In this document: positions 37,226 to 51,468 of the stretch, one piece after another
Layout of the letters: each line of letters begins with the position of its first letter
How positions within the stretch are numbered: position 1 is the first letter of the stretch
NCBI GenBank assembly: GCA_024679065.1
Contig: JAGIQG010000004.1
Span: forward strand, 78,058,001-78,122,000
Direction of reading: 5' to 3'
Length of the DNA stretch: 64,000 bases
Source of the DNA: Sphyrna mokarran
Lineage: Eukaryota
Translations under genes and position numbers: made by a program
Notes under the pieces: model-generated
Databases searched by the model: none
The model's input: only the letters and a program-made list of their open reading frames with translations
What the model was told of the DNA's origin: nothing

Positions 37226-38984
37226 TAGAACAGAATAAAATAAATATTACCAATCATTGAGAGAACAGAGTTGGATTGTGTTTTCCTGCAAAAACAACCG
37301 ATCTCCTGTCCAAAAGTAATTAATCGCATGTTGCAATTGAAAGCAGCCATTTCCTATGGACATCTACCTGCCCATTATGTTAATGGACAATTTGTGGACT
37401 TGCCATATCCTTGACATATCATTTGCTGCCAAAATTGAGGCTGCTTCCATTTCTGATGGGGTTACATGACTCATAGTCAGGTGGTGTATCTCTCCATTTT
37501 GGTTTTCAGGAGCATTTCCATCCTTTAAGAAACCACAAATGAATATATGCATGAATGTGTAGACTTGTGTCGCCGTTCTGTGGTCTCGTAGTGGGGCAGG
37601 AAATACATTAAAAACCTTAATGAAATTAAAGTTGGCTGTCTGATCTGTCATCCCATAAAAATATCTTCTTTGGCAGACTTATGACTCATATTACAGGCAC
37701 ATAAAACATTACTTAGATATGACTTCAACCTATTTGTTTGTAAACAGGTTTATAATTTCACCTCTGTTTCTCCTCAAATCTTCTTATAATTTTCCCAACT
37801 TTAGTGCTTTATTGCATTGATCTGAACATAGTTGAAGATTGTTGTCTCCACTGCTTATTGATTATTCATGTCCCTCTCAGTATCTCAAAGCTCTTTGATG
37901 AGTTTGCACTGAATGCAATAAGTAGGCAGATGTTAGTCCTTCGCTTTATCTCTGGTTATTGCCTCAGACTGAAGTGAATAATGTTGCTCCAGTCAATTCC
38001 CTGCCCCATTTCATAAATGTAAATAAATGAAAGGTCTTTGCTGAAGTAGACAATTCTTTTAATTTGTATCTAATTGGCAAGCTGATTATAACTGTTTTGG
38101 AAATAGACAAGGAGCCTTTCTATGTGAACTGCTTAATTAATAGCATACCCAAGGTTTCAATTATCTTTACCAGGCAGGTTGGCTTGCAATGTAAAGACAT
38201 TATGGAGATTAATTATCCTTCTGCTATTGATTTTGACTCAATTAACTTGCTTGTATTACATTTTAAGAGTTGGATTAATTGTGCCCTAGTTACATTTTCA
38301 AACATTTATAGAAATCAGCATATAATCCAAAAATCTGCAATAAGTTTCAGATTGAAATTTTGGTCTGAACACATGAATTACCCTGAGTCTTATTAGCTTC
38401 ATTGCCCCAAAATGCTCTGTTAATTTACTTCTAGGAAGAACAGAAGCTTAATCATACAGCAGAAAAGGAGGCTATTCGACCCATTAGGCTCATGCAACAC
38501 TTTGAAAGAGCTATCAAATCAGTCATGCATCTCTGTTCATGGGGTGTGTGGATTGCTGGACAGGCCAACATTTATTGCCCATTTCTAATTATCCTTGAAT
38601 GGTTGCAGTGAGTTGTTTCCTTTGAGTTTTGCACCCTGTAGTGAAGGAGCCCCCAATGTGCTATTAATTAGTTCAATTCAGGATCTTGACCCAGCAGTGA
38701 TGAAGGAATATAATTACATTTCCAAGTTGAGATGGGGTCCAACTTGCAGGAAGTAGTGTTATCAGGCACTTCGTACCCTTGTTCTTCTGGGTGATGGTGA
38801 TTGCAGGTTAGGAAGGTGTTGTCAAAGAATCCCTATCAAGCTGTGGCAACATATTTTGTGCTTTGCTGTCAGAAAATGCTGGACATGGAGAGTAAATGTT
38901 TAAGATGATATATGGGTTGCTGATCAAGTAGGCTGCCTTACCTTGGATGTTTTTTTTAAATTCTGGGCAAGTGTCACCAATGGC

Positions 38985-39130
38985 AAACACTTTTGGAACA
39001 TTGTCCCTTCATCAGGTGAAGGGCAACGCTCCGAAAGCTCCTGTTACCAAATAAATCTGTTGACCTTTAACCTGGTGTGAGACTGTTTACTGTGCCTACC
39101 CCAGTCCAACAGCGGCAACTCCACATCATC
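38985..39130 (+). mobile_element. Penelope-like pLTR fragment with a short inverted piece
   Basis: cccttcatcaggtg (inverted hammerhead start) followed by gggcaacgctccgaaagctc...aataaatctgttgacctttaacctggtg...ccccagtccaac. Confidence 0.75.
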
Positions 39131-40432
39131 ACTGGCAAGGCCAGCATTTATTTTCCCTATTTGCCCTTGAGAAAGTGATGATGAGCTGCTTTTGTGAACC
39201 GCTACAGTTCATGTAATGTAGACACACTTAAAGTTCTGTTAAGAAGAGAGCACCAGGATTTTGACCCAGCAACAGTGAAGGAATATTTCCAAGTCAGTGG
39301 TTGGCTTGGAGGAGAACTTCCAGATGATGATGTTCCCATGGTATCAAACTCCTTGAATTTTCTCAGAGCTACACTCCTCCAGACAAGTGCAGAGTATTCC
39401 ACCTTATTCCTGACATTTGCCTTGTAGATAATGGAAAGACTTTGGGAGTTAGGAGGTAAGAGATTTGTATCAGAATTCCTGGTCTATGATCTGTTCTTGC
39501 AATCAAAATATGAATGCCACTGATTCAGTTAAATTGCTGTTCAGTTGTGAAGCAGAGTGTTGAAGGTGGTGATTGTCAAGTGGAGTTTGTTTGACTATCT
39601 CCTAAGACAGATGGCAGTTGTCTGGCATAAATCTTATTTGTCATTTATATGCCCAAAGCTGAATGATGCCTGGCTAAAATGTGCAGGATTGGTGGATTGG
39701 TCATGCTAAATTGTCTCTTATTGTCCCAAGGTGTGTAGGTTAGGGGAAGGGTTAGTGGAATAAATACGTACAGTTATGGGAATAAAGCTGGGTGGGTCTC
39801 TGGCAGAACATCAATGCAGACTAGATGGGCTGAAAGGCCTCCTTTTGCACAGTAGGGATTCTGTGATTCTTGCTGCATGCAAGCAAAGACTGCAGCGTTA
39901 TCTGAGAATAAGTTGAACACAACGTTCATTTGAAGTATCTCTACTTCTGACCTTGTCATTAATGAAGCATCTGAAGATGGTTAAATCCAGAATACCATGA
40001 CGAATGACAACTGTGATTTCCTGAGATATGAAAGCACTCCTGCCAATCCCATCCATTATTTATCTGATGATCGAAAATAGACTGGTGGAGCAGTAATTGA
40101 TCAGATATGATTTGGTCTGCTTTTTGTGGACAGTTTTCCAATTTGTCAGTTGTTTAATTGTCCATCACCATTCATAACTCAGTGTGGGAGTTCCACAGCT
40201 TTTGATCTGGCCAATCACTGTGTGGTCACTTAACTTTGTCTATAGCATGCTGCTTCCACTGTTTAGCATGCATGTAGTCCCATGCTGTACCTTTACCTAA
40301 TTAGCACCTCAGTTTAGGACAGCACTTTGTGCATGGCCTAACTTGCATCCAGTCCCATTTACCCATCATCCCTGTGGTCACTGGCCAACACTTGGCCCTG
40401 GTGCAGCAATGCCTCGAAGCTAAAATTGAAGT

Positions 40433-40783
40433 GGGCAGCATAGTGGCACAGTGGTCAGCACTGCTGCCTCACAGCACCAGGGACCCAAGTTCAATTCTGC
40501 CTTGGATGATTATGTGGAGTTTGCATATTCTCCCTGTACTTGCATGAGTTTCCTCTAGGTGATCCAGTCTCCTCCCATGGTCCAAAAATGTGCAGATTAG
40601 GTGGATCGACTGTGCTAAATTGCCCTTAGTGTCTAAAGATATATAGGTTAGGTGGATTAGCCATGATAAATGCATAGGATTACAGGGATAGATTGGAAGG
40701 GAGGGGCTGGTTGTGAAGCTCTTTTGGAGAGTCAGTTGGATGGCAGAAAGGATTTTACACTGCAGGGATTCTGTGGTTCTATG
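40433..40783 (+). mobile_element. V-SINE (HE1-like), tail A
   Basis: Complete head, V-domain and ggattctgtggttctatgg tail. Confidence 0.85.
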
Positions 40784-40854
40784 GTGCTGCTCCTGGCATG
40801 TTCTCCTGCACTTTTCATTGAATCAGGATTGGTCCCTGTTAGTAATGATAGAGT

Positions 40855-42340
40855 TTCTTTTTATTCATTCATGGAACATGGGCATCGCTGGTTGGTCAGC
40901 ATTTATTGCCCATTCATAATTGCCTTTGAGAAAGTGGTAGTGAGCCGCCTTCTTGAATTGCTGCTGTCCAGGATTTTGACCTCGTGACAGTGAAGGAAGG
41001 CCAATATAGATCCAAGTCAGAATGACGAGTGGCTTTGGATGGGTGGGTGAAGGGGGTGTGGTGGTGGTGGAGGGGGGAAAGGTGGTGGAACTTGCAGGTG
41101 GTGGTATTCCCATTTATCTGCTGCCCTTGTCCTCCTAGATGGGAGTGATCATGGGTTTGGAATCTTACTTGCCTAAGGACCTTTGGTGAATTGCTGCAGT
41201 GCATTTTATAGATAGCACATCCTGCTGCTATTGAGTGTCAGTGGTGGAGGATCGAATGTTTGTGGGTGTGGTTCCAATCAAGCGGGCAACTTTGTCCTCG
41301 ATGGTGTCAAGCTTCTCAAGTATGTTGGAGCTGAACCCATCTAGGCAAGTAGGGAATATTCTATCACTCTTCTGACTTGTGCCTTGTAGATGGTGGATAG
41401 GCTCTGAGGAATCAGGACATGAGTCACTCACTGCAGTATTACTCGCCTCTGACCTGCTCTTGTAGCCACTGTGTTTATGTAGTGAGTCCAGTTGAGTTTC
41501 TGGTCCATGGTAACTCCAAGGATCTTGATGGTGGGGGATTCAGTGATGGCTAAACCATTGAATGTCAAGGAGTAATGGTTAGATTGTCTCTTATTGGTGA
41601 TGGTCATTGCCTGGCATTTGTGTGGCACAAATATTACCTGCTACTTGTCAGCCCAAGCCTGGATATTGTCCAGATCTTGTTGCATTTGAGCATGGACTGC
41701 TTCATGTCTGAGGAGTTGCAAGTTGTGCTGAACATTGTGCAATCAGCTCTGAACATCCCCACTTCTAACCTTATGATGGAGGGAAGGTCATTGATGAAGC
41801 AGCTGAAGATTGTTCGGCCTAGGACGCTACCCTGAGGGACTCCTGCAGAGATGTCCTGGAGCTGAGATGACTGACCCTCCACAATCACAACCGTTTTCCT
41901 GTATGCCAAGTACAACACCAACCAGTGGAGAGTTTGACCCTGATACCTATTGATTCCAGTTTCATTAGGGCTCCTTGATGCCACACTCTGTCGATTCAAA
42001 AGCTGTCACTCTCACCTCACCCCTGGATTCAGCTTTTTTGTCCATCTTTCAACCAAGGCTGTAATGAGGTCAGGCACTGAGTGACCCTGACAAAACCCAA
42101 ACTGGGGGTCACTGAGCAGGTTATTGCTGAGCACGTGCTGCTTAATAGCACCAATGATGACCCCTTCCATCACTTTACTGATGATCGAGAGTCGACTCTT
42201 TGGGCGATAATTGGCCGGGTTAGATTTGTCCTGTTTTTTGTGTACAGGGCACACCTGGGCAATTTTCCACACTGTTGGGTAGATGCTAGTGTTGTAACTG
42301 TACTGGAAGAGCTTAGCTAGGGGAGTGGCAAATTCTGGAC
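40855..42340 (-). mobile_element. CR1/L2-clade LINE (RT + 3' UTR) nested in an older copy of the same family (about 39130-43115)
   Basis: WKIAQVCPVHKKQDKSNPANYRP, SAGVPQGSVLG..FSCFINDLP, and the family tail at 40855-40950. Confidence 0.88.
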
Positions 42341-43456
42341 CACAAATGAAGCATATACTCCACCATGAGATTATAGATTGAGTGGAATATAATTGTACTG
42401 CTGTTGAGAGTACTTTATTAATACACAATTGTTTACTGCTAGATTTGTTCTGAAGCTATCTCATTTGGCACAGTGCAAGTGCTACACAAGACAAAGGATA
42501 TCTTCAGCTGTGAGGTCAAGATTAACAACTGTATGGTGGTCATTCCTACCAATATTTCATGGATTGTCAGTAGGGAAGTAGCTATTCCCTTGTACTAAAT
42601 GTCTCACCACCCGCTCCTAAACTTGTCTGGAAGCTATGTCCTTAGGACTCAGCCAGCTCAATTAGCGCTGGAAGTACCAAGCCACTCTTGATGATAGGTG
42701 TTAAAGTTCCATACCCAAGGGACATTTTGTGCTTTTACGATCCTCAGTGCCTCTTCCAAGTAGTCTTGAACATGGAGAAATAATGGTTCATCAGCTAAAT
42801 AAGAGCGTTAGTTGAAAATCAGTCAGAGACTTTCTTGTCATGGTTGACCTGATATTAGGAGCCTTCATCAGATTTACAGTCAGTTAGGCACTCTAAGGAC
42901 TGCTGCCTCCCATATATCACTGTGTTGCTATCTATGTTGTTATTGTCCTGTCAGTGAAACGGCAAGAGGTGAAGTTGGAGGAATCTGGGACATTGACTGA
43001 GAGATATGACCTTGTGAGCATGTTTATGTCAGAGTTTTGTTTGACCAGTCCATGGTATAGTCACCAATTTTGGCACCATTGCCACGTGTTAGTGAGGAAG
43101 ATTTTGCAGGGTTGATTGGACTTTATCCTATATGCCTACAATTTTCTTCATTTTAAATATATATCCAATTCCTGTTTGGAAGTAACTATTGAATATGCTT
43201 CCACTGTCTTTACAGGCATTGGTGAACCATCAAATAAGCATGACAGTTTTAATCATGTGAATAATAGCATGGTCCCAGATTCAATCCCCAGAATTACGGA
43301 ATGATTTCAAAGTAGAAAGAGACTAATCAGCCACGGTGTCTGGATTAACTCTCTGCATGAGCAATTCCTTTTGTGCCATTTTCCCACCTTCTCCCCATAA
43401 TCTAGATAGGATAGAACACCTGGGCTAATTTGGTTACAAATTTCATTGCCATAAGT

Positions 43457-43835
43457 TTTTGATTTGATTTATTATTGTCACATGTATTGGTATACAGTGA
43501 AAAGTATTTTTTCTTGCATGCTATACAGGCAAAGCATAGAGAAGGAAAGGAAAGGGTGCAAAATGTAGTCTTACGGGCATAGCTAGGGTGTAGAGAAAAA
43601 TCAGCTCAATATAAGGTAGGTCTGTTCAAAAGTCTGATGGCAGCAGGGAAGAATCTGATCTTGAGTCAGTTGGTATGTATCCTCAGATTTTTGTATCTTT
43701 TTCCCAATGGGAGAAAGTGGAAGAGAGAATGTCCATCACGCGTAGGGTTCTTGATTGTGCCAGCTGCTTTCCTGAAGCAGCGGGAAGTATAGACAGAATC
43801 AATAGATGGGAGGCTGATTTGCATGATGTTATATA
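43457..43835 (-). mobile_element. Rex1/Babar-like LINE 3' end with (CAAAT)n tail
   Basis: Minus-strand peptide LPSIDSVYTSRCFRKAAGTIKNPT..GHSLFHFLPLGKRYKNL; tail acatgtgacaataataaatcaaatcaaa. Confidence 0.8.
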
Positions 43836-45799
43836 CATTGGATACTATTTGTGTAATTGTGTATTTAATTGTGGTGAACACTATAAATTAAAATCATAGA
43901 ATTGCTACAGTGCAAAAAGAGGCTATTTGGGCCATCGAGTCTGCTCCAACAACAATCCTACCCAGGCTCTATCCTTGTAACCCATATATTTATGTCATTA
44001 ATCCCTTAGCCTACATATCCCCAGGGCATTAAGGGGCAATTTAGCATGGCCAATACACCTATTGATTTGCCGAGTCGATTCTGTATCACTAGACCCTCTG
44101 TGCAGTGTCACAGTATAATCTCAAGAAGAAAATGGTTCCAGGCTGAAACAAAGCAAGGTTTCTAATCACTATTCAGTCTGCCTTGTTCAGCATGCTGCCA
44201 CATTAATAGATCACACATGAATAATGGCCACTTCAGTAGAGCAGCTATAATAACTAGTGCCTGTGGAACCATATCCTGGCAGCAATTCAATGCCTGAGAA
44301 AGGCAGAAAACTGTGAAGAAAAATGTAAAAATCTTATAAGTGTTTCAGACCCAAAGTTGACACAAGTAAATGACTTGTGGCAGTTAAATTTGTAACCAGA
44401 TTGGTTCATCTCTATGCTGGTACCAGATTAGTTCTTTACATTGTAGAGGTTGCTTTTAAAATAAATCTTCTGATGGACAAAATATATCCTTCACTGGCAA
44501 AGACTCCAGATCTCTGGAGACATATTTCCATTTGTAAACTTACGTAGACCAACCTCATTACAATGTACCAGTTGGACAGGGGCCAAATAGCTTATATAAG
44601 CAGGAGTGGTGCAATGGGGTGTGCGGACAACATGAAGGCTGGTTCGGGGAATCAATATCGGTGGTTACAATATTGAGCTAAATTTAAAGCTTGACGCTGA
44701 TCTGTGGGTCCAACGTTTTTGGCTATTTAAACAGTTGCAATTCAACAACACCCTAATTTGCTGGCAGTGAAGCGGCTTCAAAAGAAGTCTAACATCAGTA
44801 GCTACTTGAATACTAGGGGACAAAGATACTTTGATACACAATCAGAATGTAAATCCCAACATTGAAATCGGAAAAGACATTTCTTACGTTTGTATCTCAC
44901 TATATTAAATGATGTGGCAGGCTAGTTTCATGAAATGAGATCATACTTTGTACGACATCTGTATATTAGAAAGCTTTGTTGATATGGCGAGATGAGGCAG
45001 GGGGCAGTGAGGGGGTCTTATGTGGGACGTTAATAAAGGCCCGCTGGATGAAATAGTCTGCTTCTATATATTCTACATAACTCCATATCTTACAGGAAAG
45101 GAGATTGCATAGTTTAGGTAAACTCATTCAGCCTAATAAAAATACCTTAATCATTCGTTTACTTGTTTTGTGGTTTTTACTTGTTGTCAATATCTTTTCA
45201 CATTGGATACAGTAATGATCTGGTTATGATATTAGATCAGTAATCAAGAGGTCATTGTTTAAAGTTTATATTGACAAGTTATGAAATTGAATTCAATAAA
45301 TCTGAAAAGAAGTTGTCATGAAAATTGTTGGATTGTCATTAAAAACATAACTGGTCCAAACTGCCTTTCAGGAAAAGGAGTCTGATGGTTTACTTAGTTC
45401 TGATCTACTTTAGCCCCAGTTCCATGACATATAGTTGCTTTTTCAATGTTCTTACGGCAATTGGAGAAGGGCAATAAATGGGCAGCATCACCATGTCCCA
45501 AGGAGAAGGAATATTTAATTTTCAGTGAAGAAAGCAGCTTGACTAAAGCAACCTTCATTTAGGCATTGTCACCATCTCGATTACACTGAGATATAAAATT
45601 CAATTTGAGTTAAAATCTCCACATTTTGAAGCATTGTATGCCATCATAGGCTTGAATGAGAGCTACATTCCCTGAAAACAGGCATCATTAATGCACAGCT
45701 ATTGAATGCAATGCGGGCAAGATGCTAACTTTGTGTTGCCTGTTCATTTACGTGATTTCTGTATTCTGACACCACTGACTGCACTGTTAACTGGTGCAG

Positions 45800-46130
45800 A
45801 TTTGATTTGATTTATTATTGTCACATGTATTATCATACAGTGAAAAGTATTGTTCTTGCACGCTATGCAGTGCAAGCATAACGTTCATAGAGAAGGAAAG
45901 GAGACAGTGCAGATTGTAGTATTACAGTCATAGCTAGGATGTAGAGAAAGATCAATTTAATGCAAGATAAATCCATTCAAAATTCTGACAGCAGCAGGGA
46001 AGAAGCTGTTCTTGAGTCAGTTGGTACGTGACCTCAGACTTTCTGGGGTATGTGGGGTCCTTAATTGTGCTGGTTGCTTTGCAGAGGCAACAGGAAATGT
46101 AGTCAGAGTTAATGGATGGGAGGCTGATAT
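45800..46130 (-). mobile_element. Rex1/Babar-like LINE 3' end, second copy
   Basis: Collinear with 43457-43835, with an internal deletion. Confidence 0.8.
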
Positions 46131-48759
46131 CTATTAGTGGTAAGGGGGCCCTGGCTTTCATGTACCTTTGTCTGTTCTGGTACTCCTATGCTGTGCTATC
46201 ACAGTGATTGTGGCATGACACTGCTTTATGGGTTTCCCAGTGGAGTGGGGTGAATTCAATAAGAAAACCCCATTGTCAGCAGCAGGACCAGATCGCGTTG
46301 CCAGTCAGTGGTAGGCTGCCTCCTGCTGCTGAGAAACACGTTGCGGGGCGGGGGTGGGGTGCAAAGAATCCAATCCTTAATGTGGGAGATTGTGGTTTGC
46401 TTGCTAAGATTTCCTTGAATACTCTTGTGGTAGCGTCTCACTGTCTAATATCAGGGCCACTTAAATCAATATTACAGGGTACAGTTTCCCTGTGAGGTCT
46501 GCTCACCAAGTGCATGTCTCAGGAGACCAGTGTTACTGCCCTCATACCAACACAAATAGATTTTGTTATGGGGGAGGGGATGTTGATTCAGGCATGTAGA
46601 GCTGAGAATTAAATGCTAATGCACCCAAGTGAAAAGTTGGGAAGCACATACCATCACTGCACAGTTATGTCACATGGTTTTGTCAGCTTGAAACACAATT
46701 TGGGAGTTCATGCAAGATTTATTGCTCCCAATGTCAAACCCGCCCAATAAAACCAGGAGCGGAAAATCGTAGCCTAGGTTTTGTGGCAAGCAAGGAGTTG
46801 GAATAATTCCTATTAAGACCATGTGCCATGTTTCACTGTTCAGCTCATTAAGTATGTACCCACGAGGAACTCACCAATTCTCATGGTGGGAGCAGGAAGG
46901 AAGTCATCATCCCCATCATTATCCCATGGGGTCAGAAGTCTGAGTGCCATATTTAAATTGCCCCCCGACAGCTTGCCCTAGCCCTTCCCCCTTTGTCCAG
47001 CCACTGGTCAATCCTTCTGCACTAACACTTCTTTCCTTGGTTATCCCCCTTATAAATTCAACTGCTACCATCAGGACTCGAGCATAGACTAGACTTTATG
47101 GACACCTCCAAAAGAAGACAATGTAGCAGCAACTCACGGTTAAGCACGGAAGAGTCCACCTCATCAGACTCATGCCATTTAAGTGTAGTCTTAAATTTGA
47201 ATTTCTTAATTTCTCACTGGCAGAGAATCTAATTTGGAGAGAGAACTTTATCCCAGCGAGCTGGCCTTTTAATGAGCGTGCCTGACCTGTGAATGCATGT
47301 CAAAGGGATTCCCGACATTGTTAGTAAAGTAGCTCAACTTGCCTTTGACCCACCTTTAAAGTCCCGAGAAGGTAATTGCTAAAGTTCATCCCACTGTTGG
47401 GAAATGGATCTTTGACTTCATGCCAAATTAATTTCCCCTATCCATTAAACCATGATAAATGTGTAGGGTTATGGGGATAGGGTGGTGAGGTGGGGGAGGG
47501 CGGGTGATGTTGAGGGAAAAGAGAATACAGGGCAGGATGGGAAAAACGAATTAGAATGGGAGGAAAGTTGTTGGACCAACAACACTGACATGGCCTATTC
47601 CTGTGCTGCGGTTTCTATGTTGTGGTTTTTATGTAATCACAAAATTGAGCTCACAGAATGCATACAAATATATTGAGTACAATTTGATATTTTAGTAGCT
47701 TATTTTTAAAATTCCACAAAACACTGCATTCACAATTTTCATTGTTTTGAGTCTTGAGTGATCACAATGAAATAAATCGGCACATTGGATTTGGAATCAA
47801 TTTTAGTTTTATCTGGCTGATCTTTCATCTGTGGCACTCACACTATATTCCCATGTTATCTGAGAATGTAAAGGAGCTGAGCTCTGTGCCTTTTAAAGCA
47901 CCCAGAACTTATATTGTTAAGGGTCCTGAGAGCTGTTGGGAGGCAGCATGACTTTTGTCCCTGTTGGACTTCCCAACAGGCACGGGGTCATTGCTCAAAT
48001 TTCCACTTTCAAATAATCCTGCTTGTCAACATCAAGCAGGCTTTAAAATACTTAATGCATTTATCCAATCCCATTCTGTAATATTAATTCAAAGAAATAC
48101 AAAAAAAAACAATTTTGCCAATCTCTTGTAAAATTCTAGAGAGGCATATTCTGAGATAAAATATATCTGTTGAATCAACGGGTTAAGCTGCTCGTGGTAT
48201 TGATGCGAAATGCAAGCCATTTGTCTGAAAGCCACTGCAGTACATTGTAATCTGAAGATTTGCACACAGTTGATTGGAACTTAAGATTATCCAGTTCCTG
48301 ATTTTTTGTTTGACAGGCTAGCAAGGAATTGCAGCCAAATGCTTTGAAATGTAATGCAATTTGTCTCCAGGTCACACACATCAAGCCAGAACAGAACTTG
48401 GGATTTCAAAAGCTCAATTCCTGATTAAAATTCATATGATAAACTTGCATTTGTCCAGTGCCTGGAGAGGTTATCCTTAATGCACTCTGAATGCTTCTTT
48501 TAGATTGAGCTTTTAGATTTGTATCAGATTTGGACAGTTTTATTCTACAGCCCAAAGATCCTTGATTTATAGGTACATGACTTGAGGATTAACTTTGAGT
48601 TGTTGTAATTACATGCAGTCATCAAAGTGTTTGTCCCGGATCGTTAACCAGTGCTGTTCTAAACTACTTCGATATTATGGAGTCAACTTAAATAGATGAC
48701 AACTATTTGTAATCCAAATCAATGGGTGGGTGAATAGACCGAATATACAGTAGATAAAT

Positions 48760-49480
48760 TTGCCGATGCAAGTAAATTGTTAAGAGAGGGTATAGGGTTA
48801 ATAAAGGGGTAAGTGAGTGGGCAAAAATGTGGAAGATAGAGCACAATGTGGGAAAATGTGAAGTTGTCCACTTTGGCAGGAAGAGTAGAAAAACTATGTT
48901 ATTTAAATGGAGAGAGATTGCAGAACGCGATGGTACAGAGGGATCTGGCTGCCCTAGTACATAAGTTGCAAAATATTAGTGTGCAAGCCTAGCAAGTGAT
49001 TAAGTAGGCAAATGGAATGTTAGTGTTTACAGCAAGAGGGATGGAATATAAAAGTTGGAGAGTTTTACTGCAGCTGTGTAAGGTCTAATTGAGACCATAT
49101 CTGGAGTATTTGAAAAGCGATATAATTATATCAGAAGCACTTCCGGAAAGGTTCATTCAACTCAATTCCTAGGATGATGGGCTTACCTTGGGAAGAAAAG
49201 TTGAAGAGAGTTTGCCCTTTTAAGACTGAGATGAGGGCAATTTTTTTTTTCTCAGGGGGTTGTTAATCAGTGGAATTCTCTTACTCAGAAACAGTGAAAG
49301 TAGGTCACTGAATTTATTCAGGATGGAGTTAGATAGATTTTACATAGACAAAGGAGGCCAAGGGGAATGGGCAGACAGAATGGTGAAGTTGAGACTACAA
49401 CCAGATCAGCCACAATCATATCAAATATTGGATCAGGCTTGAAGGGCAAAATGGCTTCCTCCTGATTCTAATTTCGATGT
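48760..49480 (+). mobile_element. degenerate CR1 fragment
   Basis: KFAD-like gataaatttgccgatg, and aatgtgggaaaatgtgaagttgtccactttggcagg. Confidence 0.75.
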
Positions 49481-49569
49481 GACTAAGATTATCTGTCGAA
49501 CCCACTAACAAAATCTGTCAAAGAAGAATGCAGAGAATAAAAAAGTAAGGCATGTAATGAACAGTAATC

Positions 49570-50130
49570 TTTCACACAATCACACAGTGCAGAAAAAGCC
49601 TATCATGTCTGCACTGTTTTTCCAAACAAGTATTATGACCTCTCTTCCGCCTTTTCACTATACGCCAGCACATTGTTTCTATTCAAATAATCATCTTATA
49701 CCCTCTTCAATGCCTCGATTGAACCTGCCTCCACCACACTTCCAGGCAGTGCACTCCAGACCCAAAATGCTCGCTGTGTGATAAAAGATTTTTCTCTCGG
49801 ATCTCATTTGTTCTTTTTGCAAATCATTTTTAATCTCTGCCTACCCATTTTTGGTCCTTTTACAAGCAGGAATCATTTGACTCTACCTATTACGTCCAGT
49901 CCCCTCATGATTTTGAACACCTCTATCAAATCTCCTTTTGACTTTCTTCCCTCTAAAGAGAACAGTTCCCAACCTCTCCAATCTATCCTCATAACTGAAG
50001 TTTCTCATGCCTGGAAACATTCTTGTAAACCTTTTCTACACTCTCTCCAAAGTGTTTAATATCCTTCCTGCAATGTAGCACGCACTTGTCCGGTTGAATT
50101 ATGACTCGTGTTTTGTGCAAGTTCATCATA
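49570..50130 (-). mobile_element. degenerate CR1 3' fragment
   Basis: cccctcatgattttgaacacctctatcaaatctcct is the reverse complement of the RGDLIEVFKIMRG coding region. Confidence 0.7.
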
Positions 50131-51468
50131 ATCTCCTTGCCTTGTCATTATTACTATATAAGCCTTTTCTTTCAACTTGATCTCAATAGCAGTTGAAGTT
50201 GAAACCAGCTAATTTGAGGCTTTTTTTTATCTTCAGTAATTTTAATACAACAGTAGAGAGGAATGTCTAATGTTATCACAATGTTAGAGAATCCTTTTAA
50301 TGTATTTCCCAATTTAAAAAATGTTAATTTCATCCTGCTTTCCAATAAATAGTTAATTGTATCATGAGCAAGCTGACCAAACCTTATTAATTCACAGTTC
50401 TAAAGGGAGGAAGACAGTGTAAAGTTCAGTGTCCAATTGTAACATCCTTTAATATTTAAAACAAATGATGACAATGGTAATTTGAAGGTGCTGCTTTCTC
50501 CACTTCATGACTCACTTCAGGTGATAAATATACTTTCACAAAGTAAGCAAAATATTTCCATGCCAATCAACTGATTAAAACACCACAAATTTGCATTATA
50601 TTCTGAGGTGACTCCATGCCCAAACCAGTACTAAAACAGATACAAGGTCCAGAATTTTCCCTTAATTTGTCACTGTGTTTCCCCAGAAACACAGCCGGGT
50701 TTTCAGACCAAATTTTCTGACATTCATCACATAGAGAATCTGGTTTATGACAGGGTGGAGCCTGACAGCACTGACAAGGCCAACTCCTCAGAAATCAGGT
50801 TGCCATCTTTAAAGAGCACCACTATCGGCTTTTTAAAAAAATTTCCCCAACAGACTACAGACGCGGAGGACCACCTCCACAAACTTCAGGGTGATCCTTG
50901 GCCCCACCATGGAAGTATTGGGTGGGGTATTCTCTCCCCCTCCTCACCACAGAAGTACTGAGGACACTACCTCCCCCCCTCACCCCAGTGCTGTCATTGG
51001 GCTTCTCCCCCACCTCCCCACCATGCTGTCATCAGGGCTGTCCCCTTCCTACCCCACATAAGGAGACCCCACCCCCCTCACCCCACACACAAACACGCAA
51101 TGAAGGATTTATTCACCTTGCTAGAGCCCATTTGGCAGTGCTCATTTCAGTGTCCCTTGGCCTTCTAAAGTAGTACATAATTGGACATGCAAAACACGAA
51201 GGTTTCCAGTTTGAGATGCCTTTAAGACAGAGATAGATAGGTTCTTGATCAATAAGGGGATCAAGGGCTATGGGTAGAAGGCAGAAGAATGGGAATGAGA
51301 ATCGTATCAGCTATGATTGAATAGCAAAGCAAATCCAATGTGCTGAATTATGCTCCTATATTTTATGGCTTTATGATTCCTACTCTGTGCTGAGTTTAAA
51401 GTCCTGAGGCAGAGTGACAATGGAAGTGCTACCATGGCCATAGCATTTTTAGTTTGAGGTGGGAGAAA

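Noticed and set aside
44640-44900. CpG-rich stretch translating to VRGINIGGYNI, reminiscent of an RTE-type RT
   Set aside because: Short, interrupted by stops and lacking an intact YADD motif; at most an old LINE relic.
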